Source: an uncultured Gemmatimonadales bacterium (GTDB taxonomy: Bacteria > Gemmatimonadota > Gemmatimonadetes > Gemmatimonadales > GWC2-71-9). From it: a stretch of DNA of 64,000 nt. The notes beneath the pieces are model-generated. The model made no database searches. It was not told the origin of the DNA and saw only the letters and a list, made by a program, of their open reading frames with translations. Below, one piece after another: positions 9,053 to 18,637 of the stretch. Both the position numbers and the translations under genes were made by a program. The stretch is taken from positions 780,138 through 844,137 of the forward strand of contig CAWCFX010000006.1 in assembly GCA_963795085.1 (NCBI GenBank), written 5' to 3'. How positions within the stretch are numbered: position 1 is the first letter of the stretch; each line of letters starts with the position of its first letter.

Positions 9053-10297
9053 TCAGGGGTCAATGCAGGCCAGTCGGGCCTCCAGGAACTGCCGCTCGGC
9101 GGGCAGGGAAACCAGCGCGAGGGATGCGAGATAGGCATCCCGGGCCTCGGCCCGGCGCCCCAGCCTCGCCAGCAGGTCCGCCCGGGCGGCGGGCAGCAGG
9201 TGGTACCCGGCGAGGGAGCCCCTCGCGGCCAGCGCATCCAGCAATTGGAGGCCTTTCCCGGGTCCATCCACCATAGCCAGGGCGACCGCATGATTCAACT
9301 CTACTACCGGCGACCCGGTCTTCCGCAGCAGCAAGGCGTAGAGGGCCGCGATCTGCCTCCAGTCGGTGGCTTCCGGACCGGGCGCCTGGCAGTGCAGCGC
9401 CGCAATGGCCGCCTGCAGTGCGTAGGGGCCCGCCTCGCCGTTCCGGAGGACTCTCTCGACCAGCTCCACGCCTTCGCGAATCTGGTCCCGGTTCCACTTG
9501 TTGCGGTCCTGCTGGTCCAGCAGGATCAGTTCCCCGGCGGGGGATACGCGGGCCGGCCGGCGGGCATCGTGCAGCAGCATCAGGGCAAGCAGCGCCTCCG
9601 CTTCGCGCTGGTCCGGCATCAGTTCGCGGAGCAGGCGAGCCAGCCTGATGGCCTCCGCGGCGAGGTCGTTGCGGAGCGGCTCGCCGGACGTCGGCGCATA
9701 GCCCTCGTTGAACACCAGGTAGATCACGGTCAGCACACCCTCCAGGCGATCTGCCAGCAGGGCGGGCGGCGGGACCTCGTAGGGGATGCCGGCGTCCCTG
9801 ATCTTGGCCTTGGCGCGCACCAGCCGCTGAGCCATCGCGGGGACGGAGACAAGAAAGGCGCGGGCGATCTCTTCGGTGCTGAGTCCGCAGATGGTGCGGA
9901 GGGTCAACGGGACCCGCACGTCGGCAGGCAGGGCGGGGTGGCAGCAGGTAAAGACCAGGCGAAGTCGGTCGTCAGGATACTCGTCCGTCTCCGGTTCGCT
10001 CGAGACGGCGGGAAGATCAGCCTCCCCCCGCCTCTGTTCGGGCAGCCGGGCCCGGCGCAGGCGGTCAATGGCCTTGAAGCGGCCGGCACTCACCAGCCAG
10101 GCCCGCGGATTGTGGGGAAGCCCCTGGAAAGGCCACTGTTCGACCGCGGCGGCAAAGGCATCCTGCATCGCTTCCTCCGCCAGGTCGAAATCGCGAAGGA
10201 GCCGGACCAGGGTCGCCAGCACCCGGCCCGACTCCTCCCGGAAGATCCGTCCGATCCGGTCGGTCACCGGCGTCCCGCCCGGGAGCCCGCCGCTCAC
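9053..10297 (-). CDS. ECF sigma factor with C-terminal TPR extension (ECF42-like); start 10297 or 10267
   Basis: [55 protein letters not shown]; lies next to a DGPF protein. Confidence 0.92.
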   Translation of the reverse strand: MSGGLPGGTPVTDRIGRIFREESGRVLATLVRLLRDFDLAEEAMQDAFAAAVEQWPFQGLPHNPRAWLVSAGRFKAIDRLRRARLPEQRRGEADLPAVSSEPETDEYPDDRLRLVFTCCHPALPADVRVPLTLRTICGLSTEEIARAFLVSVPAMAQRLVRAKAKIRDAGIPYEVPPPALLADRLEGVLTVIYLVFNEGYAPTSGEPLRNDLAAEAIRLARLLRELMPDQREAEALLALMLLHDARRPARVSPAGELILLDQQDRNKWNRDQIREGVELVERVLRNGEAGPYALQAAIAALHCQAPGPEATDWRQIAALYALLLRKTGSPVVELNHAVALAMVDGPGKGLQLLDALAARGSLAGYHLLPAARADLLARLGRRAEARDAYLASLALVSLPAERQFLEARLACIDP

Positions 10298-10304
10298 GAA
10301 CCGG

Positions 10305-10655
10305 TCATCCCCGCTGCATGACGGGGCGGATTTCGATGGAGCCCTCCCGGGCCGAGGGTATCCGGCCCGCGATCTCGATGGCCTTGTCCAGGTTGTCGGC
10401 TTCGACCAGGTAGAACCCGCCGAGCTGTTCCCGGGTTTCGGCAAAGGGGCCATCGGTGACCTGCGCCCTGCCGTTCCGGACCCGCACCGTCGTGGCCGAG
10501 CTGACCGGCTGCAGTTCTTCGCCAGCCTTGAAGTTGCCGCTCTTGACGATTGCTTCGGTAAAGCTCCCGTACTCGGCCATGACCGCGTTGATCTGTTCAG
10601 GGGTCTTGGCCGCCCAGTCGGCTTCGTTGCTGTAGATCAAGAGTACGTATTGCAT
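10305..10655 (-). CDS. YciI/DGPF family protein
   Basis: [21 protein letters not shown]. Confidence 0.93.
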   Translation of the reverse strand: MQYVLLIYSNEADWAAKTPEQINAVMAEYGSFTEAIVKSGNFKAGEELQPVSSATTVRVRNGRAQVTDGPFAETREQLGGFYLVEADNLDKAIEIAGRIPSAREGSIEIRPVMQRG

Positions 10656-10806
10656 GGTGGCGACTCCGTTTCGGGGTTGAGATGAGGGGACGCCAGCTAG
10701 TCGAACGGCGGCGGACGAAATCGACAGGATCCGGCCGGAACAAACAGACAGGCTGGCAACCGCGGTGATTGCCAGCCTGGGAGAGTCGCCCTGACCCACG
10801 GTGGCC

Positions 10807-11802
10807 TTACATCCGGGTGCGGTCGCGCCGCTCGCCGGCCCGTTCCCGGGCCCGTTCCCGGTCGATATTCCGATCCCGCAGGTCCCGCTCGCGCAGATCC
10901 CGGGTCCGGCTGGGGCTGAGCGTCCTCCGGCGGATCTCCGGCTTCCGGACGGTCCACTCGAGGTTGACCCGCTGGCGCTTGCGCATGACCTCCGCCTTCA
11001 CCGCCTCCCCTTCTTCATAGGACCCGAGAATCCGGAGGGCATGGCCCACCGAGGTGGGCTTGCGGCCATTGATCGAGAGAATCACATCGCCGCTCCGGAG
11101 CGGCACGGCCGAGTCGTTGGAGGCGCGGGCGACCAGCAGGCCCTCGGTGGTGCCGAAATACTCGCCCAGGTCGGTGTTAAGGGGAACCAGCTGGAGACCG
11201 CGCTGGGCGCCCAGGAAAACCGAGAAATTTCCGGGGCCATCGAGCATGGAGAAGTCCGATTCCGGCCCATCGCCGAAGAACTCGAACGTGCCTCCCTCTC
11301 CCATCCGGGGCAGTACCATCGGCCCCTCGAAGCGGCGGAAGGTGAACTGGTCATCCATGGCGCGGGCCACGACCGTCGCCGTACGGGCGGCACCATCCCG
11401 GCGGTACTGCACCACCACACTATCTCCCTCATCAAGTTTCTGCGCCAGTTCGACCAGCCGCAGACCGGGACCGGACCGGCCGGAATCTGCACTCTCGGTC
11501 TTCACCCCGGCCAGGCTGGTGGATCCGAACCGGGTGATGATGTCCCCGGCCTTGAGGCCGGCCGCCGCGGCCGGGCCCTCCTCGGCCACCGCGACGATCT
11601 TCGCCCCGAGACGGTCGGATTCGGCGTCGGCCTGCGTCTGCACCGTCACCCCGAGCCGGACCCGGTTACTGGTGTACATGCGGACCCGCGGACGGCTCTC
11701 CCGGACATCCCGTTCCGGCGCGGACTCGCGCTCCTGGGCGCTTCCGAACGCCGGGGCGGCGGCAGCGAACGCGATGGCGGCGATAAGGATACGGCCTTTC
11801 AT
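10807..11802 (-). CDS. Secreted tandem PDZ-domain protein
   Basis: Signal peptide; two PDZ signatures (GPAAAAGLKAGDII, LRSGDVILSING). Confidence 0.85.
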   Translation of the reverse strand: MKGRILIAAIAFAAAAPAFGSAQERESAPERDVRESRPRVRMYTSNRVRLGVTVQTQADAESDRLGAKIVAVAEEGPAAAAGLKAGDIITRFGSTSLAGVKTESADSGRSGPGLRLVELAQKLDEGDSVVVQYRRDGAARTATVVARAMDDQFTFRRFEGPMVLPRMGEGGTFEFFGDGPESDFSMLDGPGNFSVFLGAQRGLQLVPLNTDLGEYFGTTEGLLVARASNDSAVPLRSGDVILSINGRKPTSVGHALRILGSYEEGEAVKAEVMRKRQRVNLEWTVRKPEIRRRTLSPSRTRDLRERDLRDRNIDRERARERAGERRDRTRM

Positions 11803-11959
11803 GCTGAACTCCTGTAGTGGGAACGGTGTATTGGTCTGCCCGAAAAGATGCGGGGTGGAGGGGAATGGTCGCGGCCTTGTTCCCAGCCGATACGCCGCTC
11901 CCCGGCTGGCCAGGCGATATATATTCTTTCCCGATGCCCCCTCATTCCCCGGACGACCC

Positions 11960-13168
11960 ATGCACACTCGGATGGTGCTCCTGCCGGCCGCGGCGTTACT
12001 GATGGCCATACCGGGCACCGGCCTCGCGCAGCATCCCCCCGGCTTCCCGGAGGCCTGGGCCGAGCTGCGTACCTTCTACCAGCGCACCCTCGAGACCGAG
12101 GGCATCGTGGGAAGCGGGCTGGTCCTGGTGCAGGGGGATTCGGTGCGGGGTCAGGCCCACTACGGCCTGGCCGACATTGCCGAAGGCCGCCGGGTCGAAG
12201 GCTCCACCATTTTCCACTGGGCGTCCATCACCAAGACCTTCACCGCGATCGCCATCATGCAGTTGCGCGACCGCGGCCTCCTCGCCCTCGATGATCCCAT
12301 TGTCCAGTATGTCCCCGAACTGCGCGCGGTGCACGACAGCTTCGGCAGCATCGGCGACGTAACTATCCGGCACCTGCTGAGCCACTCCTCCGGATTTCGC
12401 AATCCGACCTGGCCCTGGGGCGGCGATAAACCCTGGCACCCCTTTGAACCGACTCAGTGGTCCCAGCTCGTCGCCATGATGCCCTACACCGAAATTCTCT
12501 TCACCCCGGGCAGCCGCTACAGCTACTCCAACCCGGGATACATCTTCCTGGGCCGAGCGATCGAAGCGCTGACCGGCGACGACTATGAGGTGTACGTCGA
12601 AAAGAACATCCTGCGGCCTCTTGGCATGGGGTCGAGCTATTTCGATCGGACCCCGTATCACCTGCTCCCTCACCGCTCCAACAACTACACGGTGCGGAAC
12701 GGCGCGCCGGTGGCCAACGGACTCGACTTCGATACCGGGATCACCGTTTCCAACGGCGGACTCAACGCCTCACTGGAGGACATGACCCGGTACCTCCAGT
12801 TCCTCCTCGGCGCCCCCGGGCTTTCCGACCAGGCGACGAACGTCCTGGCCAGGACGACGCTGGATGAGATGTGGCAGCCCCTGGTCGCCGGCGCCAGCCA
12901 GGACAGCCCCACCGGCTCCACCGGCCTCGGGTTCTTCATCATTCCGGCCCAAGGCACCGAGCTGATCGGCCACACCGGGAGCCAGGCCGCCTTCCGCTCA
13001 TTCTTCTATCTCCATCCGGAGACCGGCTCCGCCATCATCGCGGTGTTCAACACGGATGCCGGAGGGAATGCCGCCCATCCCTCAGTCGAGCCACTGTTCA
13101 GCGGTCTGCTGAGCCGGTACCTTGCCTCGATCATCCCTTCGCTGACCCACCGCGAAGTTTCGCAGTAA
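11960..13168 (+). CDS. Serine hydrolase, beta-lactamase family
   Basis: SITK (SxxK), LLSHSSG, YSYSN, GHTG. Confidence 0.9.
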   Translation: MHTRMVLLPAAALLMAIPGTGLAQHPPGFPEAWAELRTFYQRTLETEGIVGSGLVLVQGDSVRGQAHYGLADIAEGRRVEGSTIFHWASITKTFTAIAIMQLRDRGLLALDDPIVQYVPELRAVHDSFGSIGDVTIRHLLSHSSGFRNPTWPWGGDKPWHPFEPTQWSQLVAMMPYTEILFTPGSRYSYSNPGYIFLGRAIEALTGDDYEVYVEKNILRPLGMGSSYFDRTPYHLLPHRSNNYTVRNGAPVANGLDFDTGITVSNGGLNASLEDMTRYLQFLLGAPGLSDQATNVLARTTLDEMWQPLVAGASQDSPTGSTGLGFFIIPAQGTELIGHTGSQAAFRSFFYLHPETGSAIIAVFNTDAGGNAAHPSVEPLFSGLLSRYLASIIPSLTHREVSQ

Positions 13169-13299
13169 CTGACCGACACGACCTGGACGCCGATCGAGCA
13201 ACTCCGAACACTTCTTCCTGCCGACGGCTTCCAGTGGGAGCCACGGTCTCCTATGCTGGGTCAGCAGGGTCACGCCCGACGTTTCCAGGAGAACAGCTT

Positions 13300-14472
13300 A
13301 TGCACCGAGGCATCGTTCGCGTTGCCGTGATGGTTGTATTCGCGGGGTTCGCCGCCTCATCGGCAGGGGTGACGCAAGTCGAGGTCCTGGCCAGTCCAAC
13401 CGGGCAGCGCGCCGTAGGGTATTGGCGCACGACGCTGGAAACCGATCGGCCGGACGACAGGGCACCGGTCTCCAGCCCTGGCCGGCGAAGGCTCCTGATC
13501 GAGGTCTGGTACCCGGCCCCAGGCGAGCGTTCGACCGCCAGGGCCAGGCGGTACACCTCTCCAGCGATCGAGAGCACCCTCGTCGCGCAACTGGGGCTCA
13601 CACCGGGTTGGGCCGGCCGGGTCGCGACTCATGCCGTAGAGAATGCAGCAGCGTCACCGGGGCCCCATCCGGTTGTGATTTTTTCACACGGGCTATCGTG
13701 GCCGGTCTCGCTCTATCAGAGCTTTACGGAGGAGCTGGCAAGCCATGGCTACGTCGTCATCGGTATCAATCATCCCCACGGTACCGTCATCGACTTCGGA
13801 AGCGGCCTGGTTGTCCCCGTCGCCGAGTTACCCGAGTTCCCCGACGATTCTACCGGGCACGCGTTTCTCGCCAGGCTGACCGGCGTGTGGAAGGAGGACA
13901 TTCGCACGGTGATTGAACAGCTGCCCCGCTGGAATGCGGAGGGGCCGGCTCCACTTTCAGGAGGACTGGATACATCCCGGCTCGCCTTAGTCGGTCACTC
14001 CCTCGGCGGTAGCGCCGCAGCGCTCTTGTCCGACGACCCCAGGGTGAAAGCGGTGGTGGCGCTCGAAGGCAAGTTCCGAGGCGAGTCGGCCGCCAGCCTG
14101 ACGGTCCAGGCTCCCTTTCTGCACCTGATCGGCGAGTATAACCGCACGGAACTGGAGAACCGAAACTACCGTCCATCCGACCGTGCGCCGGTATACCAGG
14201 CGGTGATCGCCGGGACCGGTCATGCCAGTTTTTCGGACCTGATCGCCATCTACAAAACCACGGCCCCGCCCGATTGGCTGGTGCGTCATCGATACGAGCT
14301 CGAACCCGGTCGGATCATACAGATTACCCGCGATTATGTGAGAGCCTTCCTGGGGCGGTACCTGCTTGATACCGACAATTCACTCCTCCATCCCACCGGC
14401 TACGCAGCCCGGGTGGATGGCCCTCGTTCGGCCGGCTATGCCGAGGTCCGCCTCAGCATCGACGCCCATTAG
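13300..14472 (+). CDS. PAF-acetylhydrolase-like alpha/beta hydrolase
   Basis: VWYPA, VIFSHG, ELASHGYVV, GHSLGG, GHASFSD. Confidence 0.85.
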   Translation: MHRGIVRVAVMVVFAGFAASSAGVTQVEVLASPTGQRAVGYWRTTLETDRPDDRAPVSSPGRRRLLIEVWYPAPGERSTARARRYTSPAIESTLVAQLGLTPGWAGRVATHAVENAAASPGPHPVVIFSHGLSWPVSLYQSFTEELASHGYVVIGINHPHGTVIDFGSGLVVPVAELPEFPDDSTGHAFLARLTGVWKEDIRTVIEQLPRWNAEGPAPLSGGLDTSRLALVGHSLGGSAAALLSDDPRVKAVVALEGKFRGESAASLTVQAPFLHLIGEYNRTELENRNYRPSDRAPVYQAVIAGTGHASFSDLIAIYKTTAPPDWLVRHRYELEPGRIIQITRDYVRAFLGRYLLDTDNSLLHPTGYAARVDGPRSAGYAEVRLSIDAH

Positions 14473-14513
14473 GGAGTATATGGTGAGACGGACAAGCGGA
14501 CGACCGTTCGCCT

Positions 14514-15908
14514 CTACACCTTTTTGACTTTCCACTTGCCCAGCCGGAACATCCAGGCACTCGCCACGGTCAGCGAGATCTCCGCGATCGGAATGGACAG
14601 GTAGACCCCCAGCGGTCCCCACGGCCGGGAGAGAAACCAGGCCAGCGGAATCTCCAGCATCCAGAAGAACGCCACGTTGAGCCAGGTTGGCGTCCAGGTG
14701 TCGCCCGCCCCGTTGAATGACTGGTGCAATACCATCCCGTAGCCATAGAACACCAGGCCCAGCGCCATGATCCGGAGCGACAGGACGGCGTGGTGAGCCA
14801 CTTCAGGATCGGTGGTGAAGGCGGACACCAGGCCCGGCGCGAAGGCCAGGGAAATCGCACTCACCAGCGCCATCCACACGCTGTTGTAGATTCCCGCCAG
14901 CCGCACCGACCCCGCAGCCCGGTCCGGCTGATCCGCGCCAAGGGACTGGCCGACCATGGTCGCGGCCGCATTGGCGAGGCCCCAGGACGGCAGCATCACG
15001 AAGATCATCATCCGGATCGCGATGGTATAGCCGGCCAGCACGCTGCTCCCGAAGGTGGAGAGGACCCGCACCAGCCCGATGTAGCTCGAGGTGGCCACAA
15101 ACACCTGGAAGGTGCCGGTCGCCGAGAGCCGCACCAGCGACCGGAGCGCGGCGGGCACCACCCGCAGGTGCCGCCGGCGGATCAGCACCCGGCCGTCCCG
15201 CCGCATCAGCTGGCTCACCTGGTACAATACGCCGATCCCGCGCCCCACCGTGGTCGCCACCGCCGCCCCGGTTACCCCCATTTCGGGAAACGGTCCCCAG
15301 CCAAAGATGAGACAGGGGTCCAGCACGATGTTGATCCCATTGGCCAGCCAGAGGGACCGCATCGCGATGGTGGCATCCCCGGCGCCGCGGAAGACGGCGT
15401 TGATCAGCCAGATGAGCAGGACCGTGCCGCTCCCCGCCAGCATCATCCGGGTATAGCCGGCGCCACCGGCCTGCACCGAATCGCTGGCCCCCATCAGGGC
15501 CAGGAGGTCGGGGGCGTAAATAATGCCCACCACTCCGATGGCCAGCGCCGCGATGATCCCCAGCACGATCCCCTGGACCGCCGACTCCGCGGCGCCTTCC
15601 GGATCCTTCTCGCCAGTGCGCCGGGCTACCACCGCCGTCACCCCGATGGACAGGCCGATGGCCAGGGTGTACACCAGGGTCATCATGGACTCGGTGAGCC
15701 CCACGGTAGCCACGGCGTCCGATCCCAGCCGGGAGACGAAGAACACGTCCACCAGCGCGAAGAGGGACTCCATCGCGGTCTCCAGCACCATGGGCACGGC
15801 CAGCAGCACCAACGACCGGGATATGGTACCGCTGGTGTAATCCTGTTGAGTCCCCCGCAGCGCCTCCCGGACCAGGCTCCACCAGCCTTGCTTCGCCGTT
15901 GTCTCCAT
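14514..15908 (-). CDS. MATE family efflux transporter
   Basis: About 12 TM segments; LAVPMVLE, FRGAGDA, NIVLDP.LIFG, GAAVAT, GQSLGA. Confidence 0.95.
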   Translation of the reverse strand: METTAKQGWWSLVREALRGTQQDYTSGTISRSLVLLAVPMVLETAMESLFALVDVFFVSRLGSDAVATVGLTESMMTLVYTLAIGLSIGVTAVVARRTGEKDPEGAAESAVQGIVLGIIAALAIGVVGIIYAPDLLALMGASDSVQAGGAGYTRMMLAGSGTVLLIWLINAVFRGAGDATIAMRSLWLANGINIVLDPCLIFGWGPFPEMGVTGAAVATTVGRGIGVLYQVSQLMRRDGRVLIRRRHLRVVPAALRSLVRLSATGTFQVFVATSSYIGLVRVLSTFGSSVLAGYTIAIRMMIFVMLPSWGLANAAATMVGQSLGADQPDRAAGSVRLAGIYNSVWMALVSAISLAFAPGLVSAFTTDPEVAHHAVLSLRIMALGLVFYGYGMVLHQSFNGAGDTWTPTWLNVAFFWMLEIPLAWFLSRPWGPLGVYLSIPIAEISLTVASAWMFRLGKWKVKKV

Positions 15909-15956
15909 TGAAGTCATTGAAATGCCAGGTGCTCAAGGTTACGCCTGGGGGGCGTG

Positions 15957-15988
15957 AAAAAGCCCACCAGCCAGTTGGCGGTGGGCTC
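15957..15988 (-). terminator. Intrinsic terminator in the MATE 5' leader (attenuator)
   Basis: mRNA AGCCCACC-GCCAACUGGCU-GGUGGGCU followed by UUUU, about 50 nt before the MATE start. Confidence 0.75.
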
Positions 15989-16010
15989 GCGATCCTGCGT
16001 TGGTGCGGGA

Positions 16011-16139
16011 TCAGCCGATACTCGACCCGTGGTCGAGCCCACCTGAGCGAACGATCAGGTCCGGGACGAGGTCCCCGCGTCCCGCAAGGCTCGCGAGCGC
16101 GGCGCTGTCCAGATCCGGGGTGAATTCGTTCAGGCGCAT
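16011..16139 (-). CDS. Putative leader peptide (42 aa; alternative in-frame ATG at 16163)
   Basis: MRLNEFTPDLDSAALASLAGRGDLVPDLIVRSGGLDHGSSIG*, between the promoter and the terminator. Confidence 0.45.
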   Translation of the reverse strand: MRLNEFTPDLDSAALASLAGRGDLVPDLIVRSGGLDHGSSIG

Positions 16140-16175
16140 CGGCGTTTCCAGGCCAGGGTCCATTTCCGAGGACAC

Positions 16176-16204
16176 ACAGTACCAACGCCCGGCGGACTTG
16201 TCAA
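16176..16204 (-). promoter_or_regulatory. Sigma70 promoter for the leader and MATE gene
   Basis: TTGACA, 17-nt spacer, TACTGT; a back-to-back TTGACA at 16215-16220 faces the M1 gene. Confidence 0.7.
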
Positions 16205-16264
16205 CGAGGGGTCCTTGACAAAGCCGGTCCCGGGCGGAGACTTGGGGGAGTCCCCATCAACTCC

Positions 16265-18583
16265 GTGAGCCCCATGCACCGATTCCGCCCCGCACCACTG
16301 GCCGGCGCCCTTCCGGTTGCCTTGCTGGCCTGCGTCCTTGCCCCCCCGCTCCAGTGCCAGGGCCCCGCGGCCGCCAGCTACCAGGCGTACTATGGCGAAC
16401 TCCGCGAGGCCCGGCCGCTGGAAACCCAGAGCGCCGCCGTGAGCGGCCTGACCCTCCGGCGCAACGGCGCCGAGTTCCAGCTGCAGGACGGGAGGCTGTG
16501 GCTCCTGAGCCCGGTCAACGGCCGCACGATCGGGTTCGCTTTTCAGGGCAACGGCGTGTTCCGTTACCAGCCGGCCAGCACTATGGAACAGCAGCGGCTG
16601 GCTGAACTTCGCAAGGTGACCGCCATGGAGGAACGATTCTCCGAGATGGTGGTCCTGTTCGCTGACAGCACGCTGGCGGAGTTGAAAGGGACCCTGACAT
16701 TCGGCGCCTCCAGTCGCAACGACCCGCTCCGCTCCCGCTACCGCGAAGCCCTGTCCTACCTGGGTAAGGAAGACAAGCAGTCGCTGGACCCCGACCTGCT
16801 CGTCACCCTGCTCAACGGGCAGAGCAACGACCTCTTCTACGCGCACATGGCCCACCGGGGCGACCCCTGGATGTTCATGGTCAACCCGCACGAAGTCGAA
16901 GGCGTTCGCCTGCTGACCCGGCCTCGCGGCATCGGGATGGTGCGCTACGCCGAGGTGTTGACCCAGTCTCGCCGGGAGGGCGACACCGGTGTGACCACCT
17001 CGGAGCGGCGGCCGGAAGCCAGGATCAGCCACTACCAGCTCGAGAGCTGGATGACCCAGAGCTTCTCGGGTGACCTGACCTTCTCCGCGGCGGCCACGGT
17101 AAGCGTGACGGCGGACAGCGGCTCAGGGCCCTGGACGGCCTTCTCCATGTACTACAAACTGGACGTGGACTCGGCGCGGTTCCCCGGAGGCGAGCGGGCG
17201 GAGGTGTTCAAGGGCAAGGACTTCGACGCGGTGCTGGTCAACCTGGGCAAGCCCCTCGCCCCGGGAGAGACCCGGCCCGTCACCATCTATTATCACGGCA
17301 ACGTGATTGACCGCTTCGGGGAATGGTTCTTCATCAACTCGTCCATCGCCTGGTACCCGGTGTCCATGGAAGGGCGGACCCGGGCCACGTTTGATATCAC
17401 CTTCCATCACCCCCGCTCGCTCACCGTGGCCAGCGTGGGGGAGCGGAAGGATTCCTCGCTCGCGGGAACCGTAAAGACCAGCCGGTGGGTGACGGCCCAG
17501 CCTATTCGCAACGCCTCGTTCAACCTCGGCATTTTTGAAGCGCTCGAGGTCGAGGAGGCAGGGCTGCCGCCCATCACCCTGCTCTCCTCGGAGAAAGGCC
17601 ACCGGGAGCTGTTCGGCGGAGGCGCCAGTTTTGGCGGGGTGACCCGGCGGGTGGGCGCGGACATCGCCGCCGCCATGAAGTTCTTTCAGAACGTGTTCGG
17701 CCCTTCGCCGGTGGACCGGTTCTACGCGACCGAGATCCCGTGGGCCCACGGCGAGGCCTTTCCGGGCTTGATCAACCTCTCCTACGCCACCTTCGGCCCC
17801 ACGCAGCCCGATGGATCCGACGAGGTGTTCCGGGCCCACGAAGTGGCCCACCAGTGGTTCGGCATCGGTGTGGACTATGCCACCTACCACGATCGGTGGA
17901 TCAGCGAGGGCTTCTCCGAGTTCGCGGGCCTCTGGTTCCTGCAGACGCGGCGGGCGGATAACAAGCGCTACTTCGACAAGCTGGACCGCTACCGGGCCGA
18001 TATCATGCTGCGGCGGAACCAGGCGCTCCCCGTGTGGCTGGGCCACCGGGTGGCCACCGCCCGCACCGGCGACGACTACAGCGCCATCGTGTACTCCAAG
18101 GGCGCCTGGGTCCTCCACATGCTCCGGATGCTCACCCTGGACCTGCAGAGCATGAAAGAAGACCGCTTCACCGCCATCATGCGGGAGTTCTACCAGACCT
18201 ACCGGGGGGGCCGGGCCTCCACCGAGGATTTCCGCGCCACCGTGGAGCGCCACGTGGGGGCCGACATGCGCTGGTTCTTCGATCAGTGGATCTATGGGCA
18301 CACCATCCCCACCTACCGGGTGGCCTGGCAGTCAGCAGCCCAGCCGGATGGCCAGCACCGGGTGCGGCTCCGGGTGCGGCAGGAAAACGTCCCGCCCGAA
18401 TTCATGATGTACGTGCCCGTCACCGTGGACCTGGGCAACAACCGCCTGGCCCGGGCCCGGATCCGGGTGACCGGGGCCACGTCGGAGATCGATTTCCCGG
18501 TGCCCCTCCCCGGCCCGGCCAAGGCGGTCCGGTTTAACGACATGATGGGCGTGCTGGCGGACGTGAAGAATGAGGGATGGTAG
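16265..18583 (+). CDS. M1 family aminopeptidase
   Basis: HEVAHQWFG...WISEGF zinc motif, YSKGAWVLHMLR, WFFDQW. Confidence 0.92.
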   Translation: MSPMHRFRPAPLAGALPVALLACVLAPPLQCQGPAAASYQAYYGELREARPLETQSAAVSGLTLRRNGAEFQLQDGRLWLLSPVNGRTIGFAFQGNGVFRYQPASTMEQQRLAELRKVTAMEERFSEMVVLFADSTLAELKGTLTFGASSRNDPLRSRYREALSYLGKEDKQSLDPDLLVTLLNGQSNDLFYAHMAHRGDPWMFMVNPHEVEGVRLLTRPRGIGMVRYAEVLTQSRREGDTGVTTSERRPEARISHYQLESWMTQSFSGDLTFSAAATVSVTADSGSGPWTAFSMYYKLDVDSARFPGGERAEVFKGKDFDAVLVNLGKPLAPGETRPVTIYYHGNVIDRFGEWFFINSSIAWYPVSMEGRTRATFDITFHHPRSLTVASVGERKDSSLAGTVKTSRWVTAQPIRNASFNLGIFEALEVEEAGLPPITLLSSEKGHRELFGGGASFGGVTRRVGADIAAAMKFFQNVFGPSPVDRFYATEIPWAHGEAFPGLINLSYATFGPTQPDGSDEVFRAHEVAHQWFGIGVDYATYHDRWISEGFSEFAGLWFLQTRRADNKRYFDKLDRYRADIMLRRNQALPVWLGHRVATARTGDDYSAIVYSKGAWVLHMLRMLTLDLQSMKEDRFTAIMREFYQTYRGGRASTEDFRATVERHVGADMRWFFDQWIYGHTIPTYRVAWQSAAQPDGQHRVRLRVRQENVPPEFMMYVPVTVDLGNNRLARARIRVTGATSEIDFPVPLPGPAKAVRFNDMMGVLADVKNEGW

Positions 18584-18588
18584 TAAAC

Positions 18589-18634
18589 AGAAGTGAGAAG
18601 TGAGAGGTGCTTCTCACTTCTCACTTCTCACTTC
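18589..18634. repeat. Heptamer-armed hairpin between convergent genes
   Basis: (AGAAGTG)2...(TTCTCAC)3. Confidence 0.8.
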
Positions 18635-18637
18635 GGT

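Noticed and set aside
11054..11959. Long N-terminal extension of the serine hydrolase (similar cases at efp, UPF0182 and kinase 47033)
   Set aside because: The extensions overlap other genes or repeats; signal peptides, RBSs or family N-termini mark downstream starts.
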